Shown here in pieces: positions 49,221 through 59,348 of a stretch of DNA of 64,000 nt; position 1 is the first letter of the stretch; every line of letters starts with the position of its first letter. The position numbers and the translations under genes are program-made. The notes under the pieces were generated by a model. That model had not been told where the DNA came from. It worked only from the letters and a program-made list of their open reading frames with translations, and made no database searches. The DNA lies in contig JAURJQ010000022.1 in NCBI GenBank assembly GCA_030832185.1, positions 51,273 through 115,272 on the forward strand, in the 5' to 3' direction. This DNA is from Chitinophagales bacterium (GTDB taxonomy: Bacteria; Bacteroidota; Bacteroidia; Chitinophagales; JADJOU01).

Positions 49221-52200
49221 TTAAGTGAGGCTTTGTCGATGGGCTAATTGCTCACACCAAGGACATTCTATTTTTTGACAACAACCAAATTCTTTATTTT
49301 GAATCTTCTCAAAGGTAGACAATATGAGATTTTTCATATACTTTTCGTCCTCCAAAGAAGGCTGAAATGTGAATACCTTTATTTCTTTATCCTCAGGCAA
49401 AATATATACATAGCGGACTTCTTGGAGCTTTTTATCTGGATAATTTTCTCTGACTAACATAGAATAAATTACAGCTTGGCGCCAATAATTTCCACCATAA
49501 ATTTCATCAATAGTCGCAACTTCCTTGAGCTCTTTTTCTGGATTGTAACTATCTAATTTATGCTTCTTTTTTGAATTGGAAAACTTACCTGTCTTATAAT
49601 CCACGATAGTTATCCCATGATCGTCAAAGATAAGCTTATCTAGTTTGCCAGTGAATCTACAAGGACCTATTTTCATTTCCAGATCAGCTTCAAGCTCAAA
49701 ATTGACAGTTATATTAGATTGCAAATACTGATGATAGAGTATGGGCAGATTCGTCTCGAGAGCCTGCTGGACATCTCTAAACTCAATCTCAGTCATGTGT
49801 CCACGATAATTATAAATCAATTTTCGCGCCATGTTAAGCAGCTCTTCAAGACTGTCTTTTTCGGGTTGGTCTTTGACCAATTTATCAAAATTTTCAAGCA
49901 ATACATGGTAGAAAATACCCATACTCATCTGAAAAGAAGTTTCGGAAGGGATGCTTATCATCTTGTCCATATAAAACTTCTGCGGACATTCGAGATAGGT
50001 ATTCATCGTCGAATGGCTCATTTTATAATTTTCCAAACGCTGATGAATAAAATTATTCTCAAACAAAAATTCTTCTTTTATCGCTAATGCTGAAATATTC
50101 AGTGATTCGAAGCGCGTATAATCATCTTCGGTTAGCTTATAAATTGACGAAATCACAGGTGCCGCTATATCAGGTGTTTTTTTGAATTCAGCCTCTGATA
50201 TAGGGTTGATTTCCCCTTTAAATTTATTCTTCGAATCTCCTTTGCCATCCGTGACGATATCTGTGAGGTAAAGTTTTTTCCTAGCTCGAGTCATAGCCAC
50301 ATAGAACAATCGGCGCTTCTCTTCTTCGTTTCTTGACTTCTCATTTTCATCCGATAAATTGATATCGATTAGTTCCTGTGGAATATAAAGACTTTCTTGA
50401 CCTCTATTTCTATATCTTCCAGCATTATATACAAATACATAATCGAACTCCAGTCCCTTACTCTTATGATAGGTCATCAAATTAATGCTATTCTCTGACT
50501 GAAATCTTTTAGAAAATGGAATCGCTACTTCTTCTCGCAAATAGGCCTCTAAGCGCTTTATGAAGTCGTTCATTTTTCCATTTTCTACCTTATTCAGATA
50601 ATCCTTTAAGAAGTTATCTAGAACTTCTATTTTCTGTATAATATCCATTCGCTGTGGCTGTTTCAGCGCCCATTCCTTGATTTTAAAACTATCGAGGACG
50701 AAGTGGAAAAACCTCTGTGGAGGCATCAAAGGAAGTTTTTGCACACAAGTTTTGTAAATAGCCAAGGTTTGTTCTATCGTTTCTATGCCTTGATATTTCT
50801 CCAAAAACTGCAAGAAATCAAGCGGATTGCGTATTTCTAGTTCCTTGACTTCTACCCAAAAACGACTAATATCATAAAGAGAAATTTCCATCCATGGGTG
50901 CATCAACAATTCACCGAATTGCTCAGGAGATAGGACTTTTCGATTCGCAAAGTCTTGAATAAAATAGAAAATTTGAATATAGGAAAGTATGAGTTTATCT
51001 TCTAATATGTTCTCATCTTTGCTCAATTCATAAGGATAGTCGAGCACAGCCAAATACTGCGCAAAATCTATCATTTGATTATTATTGGTGAATAGAACGG
51101 CGATATTCTTAAAATCGACTCCTTTCTTTACTAAGTCTTCTATTTTCAAAACTATCGGCAACATTTCATCTTCCTTATTCTCCACTTCTATCAGTTCGAT
51201 AGGCTCTGAACTTGTTTTCAGAATAGAATGAGCCGCCTCTAGTTTTTTGATAATCGTTTTGCCTTCTATAATATTCGTAATTCTCTCCGTATTATTTTCT
51301 ATCAATATCCGGGAAACGTCCAATATAATCGGCGTAGAGCGGTAGTTTTTATCTAAAACCACCATGCGATCAAATTGTTCTTCTGATGGCAAATGTGCTA
51401 AATACCGCTTGTGAAAATCATGAATATTAAACAAGTTAGCACCCTGAAAGCGATAAATAGACTGGTCTTCATCCCCTACCACCATGACATTCGGATCATC
51501 AACGTCTCTACACAATTGATGTATAAGATCTAACTGAGCTCCACTTGTATCTTGAAATTCATCGACGAGAATGACTTGATACTGCTCTTGTATATCCAAT
51601 CGCAAGTCTTCACTCTTATCTAATAGTTCCAATGCTTTCAGAAGCATATCATCAAAATCCATGAGTTTTCGGGAGGTGACTATTTCATTGTATTTTTTAT
51701 AGATTTGTAGCGCTTGAATATTCTTGGTAAGTTTGTTTTCGAAGGCATCCCATTTAGATTGATAAAAATCTCCTTTAACAAAATTTCCTGTTTTTCTTTT
51801 ATAAATAAACTCTTCCGAATCTTTCTTGGTTCGTAGTTCGTCCTCAATCGCTTTTATAAGAATATCGACATCATATTTTTCCTTTTTTATTTGAGAAATA
51901 ATAGAAAGAATTAAGCTTATACTGCTATCTACGCTCGACACTCCTTTTTTGAGGGGTGTATTGAATTCTACCTCTTCTAGTAGTTCGCGAACTAAGATTT
52001 TTTTATCGATATCATCGATAAATTGAAATGTCTCCAAATCATTGTAGCGACTATATCGCTGAATGACTTTTTCTGCAAAGCTATGAAAAGTATAAACCTC
52101 CACATCATTTCCTTCGGGGCCTATGAGTTCGACCAATCGCTGCTTCATAGCGGCTACACCGCTGGTGGTATAAGTCAGACAGAGAATATTAAACGGTCTA

Positions 52201-52364
52201 AAATCTGTTTCGCGCAGAATATGACCGACTCGTGTAGAAAGAAGCTGTGTCTTACCTGTGCCTGGCCCTGCAATCACCATGAGAGGACCATAAATAGCAT
52301 CTACAGCTTGTTTTTGCTTTTCATTGAGAGAGGTGTAAGTTCTATAAAATTTTTCTTGGTTCAT
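49221..52364 (-). CDS. UvrD/PcrA-type helicase fused to a PD-(D/E)XK (RecB-like) nuclease
   Basis: AGPGTGKT, VDEFQD, GDEDQSIYRFQGA, NYRS, HKSKGLEF, YVAMTRA; C-terminal GKLD...VDYKTG, QxxxY and a Cys cluster. Confidence 0.92.
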   Translation of the reverse strand: MNQEKFYRTYTSLNEKQKQAVDAIYGPLMVIAGPGTGKTQLLSTRVGHILRETDFRPFNILCLTYTTSGVAAMKQRLVELIGPEGNDVEVYTFHSFAEKVIQRYSRYNDLETFQFIDDIDKKILVRELLEEVEFNTPLKKGVSSVDSSISLILSIISQIKKEKYDVDILIKAIEDELRTKKDSEEFIYKRKTGNFVKGDFYQSKWDAFENKLTKNIQALQIYKKYNEIVTSRKLMDFDDMLLKALELLDKSEDLRLDIQEQYQVILVDEFQDTSGAQLDLIHQLCRDVDDPNVMVVGDEDQSIYRFQGANLFNIHDFHKRYLAHLPSEEQFDRMVVLDKNYRSTPIILDVSRILIENNTERITNIIEGKTIIKKLEAAHSILKTSSEPIELIEVENKEDEMLPIVLKIEDLVKKGVDFKNIAVLFTNNNQMIDFAQYLAVLDYPYELSKDENILEDKLILSYIQIFYFIQDFANRKVLSPEQFGELLMHPWMEISLYDISRFWVEVKELEIRNPLDFLQFLEKYQGIETIEQTLAIYKTCVQKLPLMPPQRFFHFVLDSFKIKEWALKQPQRMDIIQKIEVLDNFLKDYLNKVENGKMNDFIKRLEAYLREEVAIPFSKRFQSENSINLMTYHKSKGLEFDYVFVYNAGRYRNRGQESLYIPQELIDINLSDENEKSRNEEEKRRLFYVAMTRARKKLYLTDIVTDGKGDSKNKFKGEINPISEAEFKKTPDIAAPVISSIYKLTEDDYTRFESLNISALAIKEEFLFENNFIHQRLENYKMSHSTMNTYLECPQKFYMDKMISIPSETSFQMSMGIFYHVLLENFDKLVKDQPEKDSLEELLNMARKLIYNYRGHMTEIEFRDVQQALETNLPILYHQYLQSNITVNFELEADLEMKIGPCRFTGKLDKLIFDDHGITIVDYKTGKFSNSKKKHKLDSYNPEKELKEVATIDEIYGGNYWRQAVIYSMLVRENYPDKKLQEVRYVYILPEDKEIKVFTFQPSLEDEKYMKNLILSTFEKIQNKEFGCCQKIECPWCEQLAHRQSLT

Positions 52365-52535
52365 CTGGGTTATTTTGGAGCAAAAATATAGCTAAACGTG
52401 GTCACAAAATGTCGTTTAATTTTTTAAATTTAACATTTTAAATGCTATCTAAAGCCATAGGCAAACCCATTGTTTTAATGCCTTTCCTATGTATAGTCAT
52501 ATGGTATGAGAAGATAATAGAAGATATTAGTTATC

Positions 52536-53018
52536 CTAATTGATAGTCTTCCGCTTCTCTACCACCTCATCATTGAGTTGCTGCTTATAGGCTATAAGTT
52601 TATTAGCGATACTCGGCTCAGCCGTTGCTAATATTTGTGCTGCTAAAATCCCCGCATTTTTTGCGGCATTAAGCGCTACAGTAGCAACGGGAACTCCATT
52701 GGGCATTTGGAGAATGGAGAGAACACTATCCCAGCCATCGATGGAATTGGAAGACTTTACGGGTACACCAATGACAGGAAGATACGTCAAAGAAGCTACC
52801 ATACCTGGCAAATGCGCCGCACCACCTGCACCAGCTATGATGACGGCTATATCATCTTTCGCTGCATTTTTGGCGAAGTCGAACATATATTGTGGTGTGC
52901 GATGGGCTGATACAATATCTACAATATTCGGAATTCCAAACTCACTGAGTATATCCACGGCATCTTGCATCACTTTCAAATCACTATCGCTTCCCATGAT
53001 GATGGCAACTTTCTTCAT
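52536..53018 (-). CDS. purE: N5-CAIR mutase
   Basis: IMGSDSD, SAHRTP and GAGGAAHLPG. Confidence 0.98.
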   Translation of the reverse strand: MKKVAIIMGSDSDLKVMQDAVDILSEFGIPNIVDIVSAHRTPQYMFDFAKNAAKDDIAVIIAGAGGAAHLPGMVASLTYLPVIGVPVKSSNSIDGWDSVLSILQMPNGVPVATVALNAAKNAGILAAQILATAEPSIANKLIAYKQQLNDEVVEKRKTIN

Positions 53019-53037
53019 CTTTATTTCGTTTTATATT

Positions 53038-54186
53038 TTATGACTTTATACTGATACTTTCTTTGATCCACTTCAGTTGGCTGATTAGTTTTGCTCGACT
53101 GGCATTCAATACAGTAATATGCCCCATTTTCCTTCCTGGCTTGGTTTCTTTCTTTCCATAAAGGTGAAGATGAGCATCGCCTTGCTCATGCAATAATTGA
53201 AGATTCTCTACATAGGGCGCACCAATAAATTTCTCCTCTCCTATGAGATTCACCATTCCAGCATAACCTTTGATGGTTATTTCTGGTATAGGAAGGCCAA
53301 GTAGTATTCTGAGCTGAGCTTCGTATTGTGAAATATTGCAACCCTCTATGGTATAATGCGCGCTATTGTGAGCACGTGGCGCTATTTCATTAACGAGGAT
53401 AGCTCCAGACTTTGTTAGAAAAAACTCAACAGAGAACAACCCAGGTGATTTCAATGCCTTAGCTAGCTTAGTGGAGATTGACTTGATTTTTTTAATATAT
53501 TTTTCTTCAATACCGGCAGGTGCTATTAGGTAATCAACTAAGTTTAATTTATGGTTAAATACCATTTCACAAATAGGAAATAGATGTGTCTTGCCACTCT
53601 GCTCTATGGCTATAGTGATAGCTAATTCTTTCTCTATATCGACTAATTTTTCAAGAATAGACGGTGTATTGAGCTGCTGCGATAAATCTATCGCTGATTC
53701 AATCACGACAACGCCTTTGCCATCATATCCGTCGATTTGTGATTTTTGGACGAAGGGATACCAATCATTGGCAAGCTCTGGAGCAATACTTTTACTATCG
53801 AGAACGGTAAAAGCCGAGCTAGGTATATCATTTTCCATAAGAAATTTCTTCTGAAAAGCCTTGTTCTGTATCATGCGAATAGTATCTACCGCAGGAATCA
53901 CGAGTTTATCATATTTAGCAAGTTGCTCTAAGGCATCGGCATTGATATGCTCTATCTCTATGGTCAGTATATCTTTATCTTTTCCAAACTGAATTGTACT
54001 ATTGAAATCTTTATAACTGCCGTGTGTGAAATTATCCTTAAATAGGCTACATGGCGCCTTGATATCATTGTCTAGAAAAAAAAGGTCGACACCATAGGGC
54101 AATGCAGCTTCTTGGAGCATTCTTCCTAGCTGGCCTCCCCCCAATACCCCAATCTTTCTGCTCAGGTCTATATATTTCTTTGTCAT
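53038..54186 (-). CDS. purK: N5-CAIR synthetase
   Basis: GGGQLGRM, GYDGKG, NEIAPRAHNS and HLYGK...RKMGH. Confidence 0.97.
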   Translation of the reverse strand: MTKKYIDLSRKIGVLGGGQLGRMLQEAALPYGVDLFFLDNDIKAPCSLFKDNFTHGSYKDFNSTIQFGKDKDILTIEIEHINADALEQLAKYDKLVIPAVDTIRMIQNKAFQKKFLMENDIPSSAFTVLDSKSIAPELANDWYPFVQKSQIDGYDGKGVVVIESAIDLSQQLNTPSILEKLVDIEKELAITIAIEQSGKTHLFPICEMVFNHKLNLVDYLIAPAGIEEKYIKKIKSISTKLAKALKSPGLFSVEFFLTKSGAILVNEIAPRAHNSAHYTIEGCNISQYEAQLRILLGLPIPEITIKGYAGMVNLIGEEKFIGAPYVENLQLLHEQGDAHLHLYGKKETKPGRKMGHITVLNASRAKLISQLKWIKESISIKS

Positions 54187-54241
54187 ACGATATGCAAAAA
54201 TATTAAATAATCGTTTAACCTGTTTTGTGATTTTTAATGAA

Positions 54242-54250
54242 TGTGGATAA
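54242..54250 (-). promoter_or_regulatory. Perfect DnaA box (TTATCCACA), isolated
   Basis: TGTGGATAA on the + strand in the purK/S41 divergent gap. Single copy, so it could be chance. Confidence 0.3.
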
Positions 54251-54345
54251 CATGCACTCGATACAATTGAATTAGATATATTTTAGCTAAATATAACACC
54301 AAAACAGAATCATAAATAACTAAATTTGCATTCAATACTGAAAAA

Positions 54346-55944
54346 TTGAGTTCTAAACCCAACAATATCATTTACAATAAGCTTGAAGCAAATCATTTTT
54401 TCAAGAATATACTTTTGATAGCTGTCGGCATTCTATTAGGTTTTTTATTTATCCGAACGACTTTACCGAGTGTGAAAACACCAAATAAATTAGAAGAATT
54501 ACTCGATATAATCAATAAAAACTACGTGGATTCTATTGACCCTAGTGCAGTAGAAAATAAGGCTGTAAATCACCTACTAAATGGTTTGGATCCACACTCC
54601 GTTTATATATCCAATGAAGATATTCAAGCAGCCAATGAGCCATTACTTGGTTCTTTCTCTGGTATAGGAGTAGAGTTTTACATTGTACATGATACCATAA
54701 CTGTAGTCTCCCCTATCTCAGGTGGTCCGTCTGAATTGGCTGGAATCAAATCAGGTGACAAGATAATCAAAATAAATGACACTGTAGTAGCCGGAGCCCA
54801 TATAACTAATCTTGATGTCTTTAAAAAGTTGAGAGGTAATAAAGGAAGCTCCGTAAAACTAACCCTGCTGCGCAATCAAACTGCCCTGCCTGCTATTGTA
54901 TTAAAACGAGACGATATAAAAGTAAAGAGCGTAGAAACCGCTGTAATGATAGATTCTACAACTGGGTTCTTGAAGATCAATTCCTTCGGAGAAAACACCT
55001 ATGATGAGTTCTATACTCAATTAAATTTGTTAAAAGCAAGGCGAATTCAAAATCTGGTCATAGACCTAAGACAAAATACAGGAGGCTTTCTTGAAATAGC
55101 GGTTAAAATATTAGATGAGCTAATTGCAGATAAGGAACTTCTCGTTTACACACAAGGATTGAAATACAAACGTGAGGAATTCTACAGCGGTAAGCCTGGG
55201 ATTTTTGAGAAGGGAAAACTAGTCATACTCATAGATGAGGGATCTGCGAGTGCCTCTGAGATTCTAGCTGGCGCAGTGCAGGATTTAGATCGCGGAGTCG
55301 TCATAGGTCGCAGGAGTTTTGGAAAAGGATTGGTTCAGAATCAGATAGAATTAAGAGATGGCAGTGCGGTGAGACTTACAGTGGCTAAATACTTTACTCC
55401 TTCTGGTAGAAATATTCAAAAACCTTATAAGCAAGTAGAAAATTACGAAGAGGAAGTTTATGATCGTTATAAAAATGGCGAATTTTTCAATGAAACGAAT
55501 CAAGTGAGCAACGATACGGTCGTCTATTTGACAAAAAAAGGTCGAAAAGTAAAAGGTGGAGGCGGTATTTATCCTGATTTTTTTGTAGCTCTAGATACCA
55601 ACTATGACTTTAATAGTCTGGCTGCACTGCGCAGTTTTGTTCCAGAATTTGTTTATTCTAGATTCAACAACTTTAGCCATTTATCACAGTATAAATCGAT
55701 AAATGAATTTCAAAAAAGTTATGAAGTCTCCCCTTCACTGCTCAATGAATTCCTTCAATATGCTAAGAATAATGGCGCTAAGTATAATGAAAATACTAAA
55801 TCAAGCTATGAGACAAAACTTAAAAACAATCTAAAGGCTATTATTGCTAAGCAGTATTTCAAATCAGAGGGATTTCAAAAAATAGTCAATGATACGGATC
55901 CGATGATACTAAGAAGTAAACAATATTTCAATACGTCAAAATAA
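54346..55944 (+). CDS. S41 carboxy-terminal processing protease (CtpA/Prc-like)
   Basis: LDPHS, PDZ GIG, DLRQNTGG, SASASEI and FGKGLVQ. Confidence 0.95.
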   Translation: MSSKPNNIIYNKLEANHFFKNILLIAVGILLGFLFIRTTLPSVKTPNKLEELLDIINKNYVDSIDPSAVENKAVNHLLNGLDPHSVYISNEDIQAANEPLLGSFSGIGVEFYIVHDTITVVSPISGGPSELAGIKSGDKIIKINDTVVAGAHITNLDVFKKLRGNKGSSVKLTLLRNQTALPAIVLKRDDIKVKSVETAVMIDSTTGFLKINSFGENTYDEFYTQLNLLKARRIQNLVIDLRQNTGGFLEIAVKILDELIADKELLVYTQGLKYKREEFYSGKPGIFEKGKLVILIDEGSASASEILAGAVQDLDRGVVIGRRSFGKGLVQNQIELRDGSAVRLTVAKYFTPSGRNIQKPYKQVENYEEEVYDRYKNGEFFNETNQVSNDTVVYLTKKGRKVKGGGGIYPDFFVALDTNYDFNSLAALRSFVPEFVYSRFNNFSHLSQYKSINEFQKSYEVSPSLLNEFLQYAKNNGAKYNENTKSSYETKLKNNLKAIIAKQYFKSEGFQKIVNDTDPMILRSKQYFNTSK

Positions 55945-55953
55945 TCATTCAAA

Positions 55954-57000
55954 ATGCATTTCAATTCTCTCAAAGTAGCAAAAACTGAACGGCTCACGCC
56001 ACTCTCCAAAAAAATAACATTTGAAGTTCCTACAAATCTAGCTTCTGCTTATCAATTCAAATCTGGACAATATGTCAGTCTAGAATTAAGTATTGACGGA
56101 AATAAAATCAGACGTTCCTATTCTATTTGTTCACCTAGTTTTGAGAAGAATTTTTTCTCTATTGGGGTCAAGCAAATAGAAGGTGGATATGGTAGTGCGC
56201 ACCTCAATCAATTAGTGAATGAAGGTCAATCTATCGAAGTATCCACTCCAGAAGGTAACTTCCTCCTTCCTGAGTTATCCAATGCAGCTCAGTACGTCTT
56301 TGTCGCTGGAGGTAGCGGTATTACTCCTATTTTATCTATGATTCATGAATTGTTGACACATACCACAGCGCCTGTCTATCTAAAATACAGCACCCTCACA
56401 CAAGATGAAACAATGTTTTATGCAGAATTAACTGCATTGAAAGCCAAGTATCCACAATTCACCCTTGACTTACTCCATACCCACGGTGAAAATCTTCTAA
56501 ATGAAACCAATTTAGCCGAATGGATAAAGTCTCTGCCTATTCAGAATTACAATCTATGGGTCTGTGGTCCGGCTGGTATAATTTCAGCCACGGAAAAAGC
56601 TTGTCAGCTAGTAGGATTAGCTCCTGAAAAATTTCATAGAGAATATTTTACTGCTAAAAGTGCAGAAGATATGCAAGCCGCCAGTGTGGGCGACGCCACC
56701 GATGCTCCTTTATCTCCTGGAGAAGCAGCTGAGGTAGAAATCAAATATGAAGGAAAGAAATTGAAGTTTACTTGTCAGTACAATGAGACCATCCTAGATG
56801 CGGCCTTAAATGCTGGAGGAGATCCGCCATACTCATGTCTCGTAGCAGCCTGTAGCACCTGCCGTGCTATGATCAAAACAGGTAATATAGAGATGAAAGA
56901 TAGAGACGCCCTTTCTGATAAGGATATCGCTAAAGGGTTTGTATTAACCTGTCAGTCTATGCCGAGAAGCAAGAAAATTATTTTAGATTATGATGTGTAA
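55954..57000 (+). CDS. FNR-type oxidoreductase with C-terminal 2Fe-2S ferredoxin (PaaE-like)
   Basis: RSYSICS, GGSGITP, CGP and PYSC...CSTC...LTCQ. Confidence 0.92.
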   Translation: MHFNSLKVAKTERLTPLSKKITFEVPTNLASAYQFKSGQYVSLELSIDGNKIRRSYSICSPSFEKNFFSIGVKQIEGGYGSAHLNQLVNEGQSIEVSTPEGNFLLPELSNAAQYVFVAGGSGITPILSMIHELLTHTTAPVYLKYSTLTQDETMFYAELTALKAKYPQFTLDLLHTHGENLLNETNLAEWIKSLPIQNYNLWVCGPAGIISATEKACQLVGLAPEKFHREYFTAKSAEDMQAASVGDATDAPLSPGEAAEVEIKYEGKKLKFTCQYNETILDAALNAGGDPPYSCLVAACSTCRAMIKTGNIEMKDRDALSDKDIAKGFVLTCQSMPRSKKIILDYDV

Positions 57001-57051
57001 TAACTAGCTAATAGTAACTGGTGATTAGTAATTAGAAAGAAAAAGAAAAAA

Positions 57052-57561
57052 ATGCAAGGAAAAAAAGCTCAAGAGTCCTATTCGCAAATGATGGAAATCG
57101 TATTGCCCAATGATACGAATACAATACACAACCTACGAGGTGGTAAAATACTACACTGGATGGATATATGCAGTGCGGTGAGTGCGGGTAGACATGCTGA
57201 GGCTGTGGTAGTCACGGTCACAGTAGATCAGGTAAGTTTCGAAAATCCTATCAAAATGGGCGATGTGGTGACCATCATGAGCAAAGTAACCCGCGCATTT
57301 TCTACTTCCATGGAGGTTAAAATAGAGGTATGGGCAGAAAATCTTCCTACTAAGAATCGCTATAAATGCAACTCAGCTTACTATTCCTTCGTAGCGCTGG
57401 ATAGTAATGGTAAACCTAAAAAGGTAGCACCTCTTATCCCTGAAACGAATGATGAAAAACTAGATTTTGATACAGCGCAGCAGCGCAGAGAAATACGCTT
57501 ATTCATGGCAGGTAAACTGAAAATAGCCGATGCGCCTGCATTGAAGGAATTGTTTAAATAA
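57052..57561 (+). CDS. Acyl-CoA thioesterase (hotdog fold, YciA-like)
   Basis: LPNDTN...L.GG.IL.WMD, VVTV.VD and TSMEV. Confidence 0.92.
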   Translation: MQGKKAQESYSQMMEIVLPNDTNTIHNLRGGKILHWMDICSAVSAGRHAEAVVVTVTVDQVSFENPIKMGDVVTIMSKVTRAFSTSMEVKIEVWAENLPTKNRYKCNSAYYSFVALDSNGKPKKVAPLIPETNDEKLDFDTAQQRREIRLFMAGKLKIADAPALKELFK

Positions 57562-57624
57562 CATAACAAAATCTCAACAATCAGACTAATACTAGTAGTA
57601 TAAAACTTCAAAATGGAATATATT

Positions 57625-58383
57625 CTATTTATAATTCAACTTGCGAATTTCTTTCAAAAACTCTGAGGCGAAAATAAAGTCATTGAGTCGTTCATTATCG
57701 GTATGCAGAATCTCTTTATTCGAGCCTTCCCAGTTCTTCTCCCCTTCGTAGAAATAGATAATCTTATCACCTATGCCGATGACAGAGTTCATATCATGGG
57801 TATTGATGACAGTGGTTATCTGATATTCACGAGTGATTTCTTGAATTAATTCATCGATGACTATAGCCGTCTGTGGATCTAATCCTGAGTTAGGTTCATC
57901 GCAGAATAAATATTTAGGATTGAGCACCATAGCTCTAGCCAAGGCCACTCGCTTCATCATACCCCCAGATAGCTCTGATGGAAACTTATGACTAGCACTG
58001 GGCAAATTGACACGCTGTAGGCAGAAATTGACGCGCTCCTGCTTCTCCGCTATCGTCATGGCGGTAAACATATCGAGGGGGAAGCGAACATTTTCTTCTA
58101 CAGTCATAGAATCGAATAAGGCATTTTTCTGAAAGAGCATTCCCATTTCCTTTCGCAGGACAGATTTCTCTTTCTGATTCATAGGGACAATATTTCGTTC
58201 ATTGAGTTCTATCTTACCCTGATCAGGTACGACAAGACCTACCAGGCAGTTCATGAAAACGGTCTTCCCTGCTCCACTCTTTCCAATGACCATATTGCAC
58301 TGACCAGGTGTAAACTCTGTAGTAATACCTTTTAGTACCTGCTGTGCTCCAAAGCTCTTTCTTATATCATGGACTTGTATCAT
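57625..58383 (-). CDS. mlaF: MlaF/Mkl ABC ATP-binding protein
   Basis: GKSGAGKT, ALFDSMTV, LSGGMMKR and DEPNSGLDP. Confidence 0.9.
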   Translation of the reverse strand: MIQVHDIRKSFGAQQVLKGITTEFTPGQCNMVIGKSGAGKTVFMNCLVGLVVPDQGKIELNERNIVPMNQKEKSVLRKEMGMLFQKNALFDSMTVEENVRFPLDMFTAMTIAEKQERVNFCLQRVNLPSASHKFPSELSGGMMKRVALARAMVLNPKYLFCDEPNSGLDPQTAIVIDELIQEITREYQITTVINTHDMNSVIGIGDKIIYFYEGEKNWEGSNKEILHTDNERLNDFIFASEFLKEIRKLNYK

Positions 58384-58385
58384 CT

Positions 58386-59135
58386 TTATAGAAATAAAAA
58401 GGCTATCACAAAATTAGCAACAACTACGGCTATAGAACTATAGACCACGGCGTCTGTACTCGCTTTACCCAATTGAAGTGCACCGCCTTTTACATAGAAG
58501 CCCTTGAAGCAGGCGATAGATGTAATCAAAAAGGGGAATACGATAGACTTAATGAACATGAGTCTTACATACTTGGGTTGGAAATCATCTTGAAGTCCAT
58601 ATTTATATTCTTCCCAAGAGTAGTAGCCTCCTAGTTCTCCCGCAATCGCGCCACCAATAGTACCTAAAAGCATGGCCATAATTATCAGGGAAGGAACAAT
58701 CATTAAACCTCCTAGAATTTTTGGACCTAATAAAAATGCTCTGGTATTGACACCCATTATATCCATGGCATCTATCTGCTCTGTAATACGCATAGTGCCA
58801 AGTTCAGTAGCTATATTAGAGCCTACCTTACCAGCTAGTAATAAGGCTGAGATAGTTGGTGCGAGCTCTAAGATCATGCTATCGCGCGTCATACTACCCA
58901 TCCACCACATGGGGATGAAACCAAAGGTAAGTAATTTATTGCTAAACTGAACTGCTGTGACCGCACCAATGAAGGTACCCACTATAGCTATAATCCAAAA
59001 AGATCCTACGCCTATATCATACATCTGACGCATAGTTTCACGCCAATACATAGAGAACTTTTCTGGCTTGGCAAACAGCGAGCCTATCATGCTTACATAT
59101 TTTCCGAATCCTTCTAGCGTACCTATAAAAATCAT
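58386..59135 (-). CDS. mlaE: MlaE ABC permease
   Basis: ELAP....LLLAGKVGS..ATELGTMRITEQIDA. Confidence 0.93.
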   Translation of the reverse strand: MIFIGTLEGFGKYVSMIGSLFAKPEKFSMYWRETMRQMYDIGVGSFWIIAIVGTFIGAVTAVQFSNKLLTFGFIPMWWMGSMTRDSMILELAPTISALLLAGKVGSNIATELGTMRITEQIDAMDIMGVNTRAFLLGPKILGGLMIVPSLIIMAMLLGTIGGAIAGELGGYYSWEEYKYGLQDDFQPKYVRLMFIKSIVFPFLITSIACFKGFYVKGGALQLGKASTDAVVYSSIAVVVANFVIAFLFL

Positions 59136-59212
59136 GAAATCTACCTACTGTTTAGGATAAAAAAGAAATTTCAAATTTGCCAATCTTTAATAAACTAGGT
59201 TTAAAAAAAAAT

Positions 59213-59309
59213 AGGCAAGTTACTTATATCGCACCGCTACAACCATCTACCCTTGCTGTATTCCTACCCTGGGGGATTTGACAGGAGCTGGTCGTACAAG
59301 ACTTGCCCG
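59213..59309 (-). ncRNA. ffs: Signal recognition particle RNA (4.5S)
   Basis: Terminal stem GGCAAGT/ACTTGCC; domain IV CAGG-GTA-GGAA-TAC-AGCA; promoter motif TATTTTTG at 59312-59319; T-run after the 3' end. Confidence 0.92.
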
Positions 59310-59348
59310 TGCAAAAATAAGAAATAATACTATTCCTTATAAGTTAAT

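Noticed and set aside
49221-50050. Cas4-like nuclease suggesting a CRISPR or defence system
   Set aside because: The domain is fused to a UvrD helicase among housekeeping genes; no cas genes or repeat-spacer array were seen.
56998-57050. Short degenerate TAACTAG/TAATTAG repeats
   Set aside because: Low-complexity spacer with no regular repeat-spacer structure.
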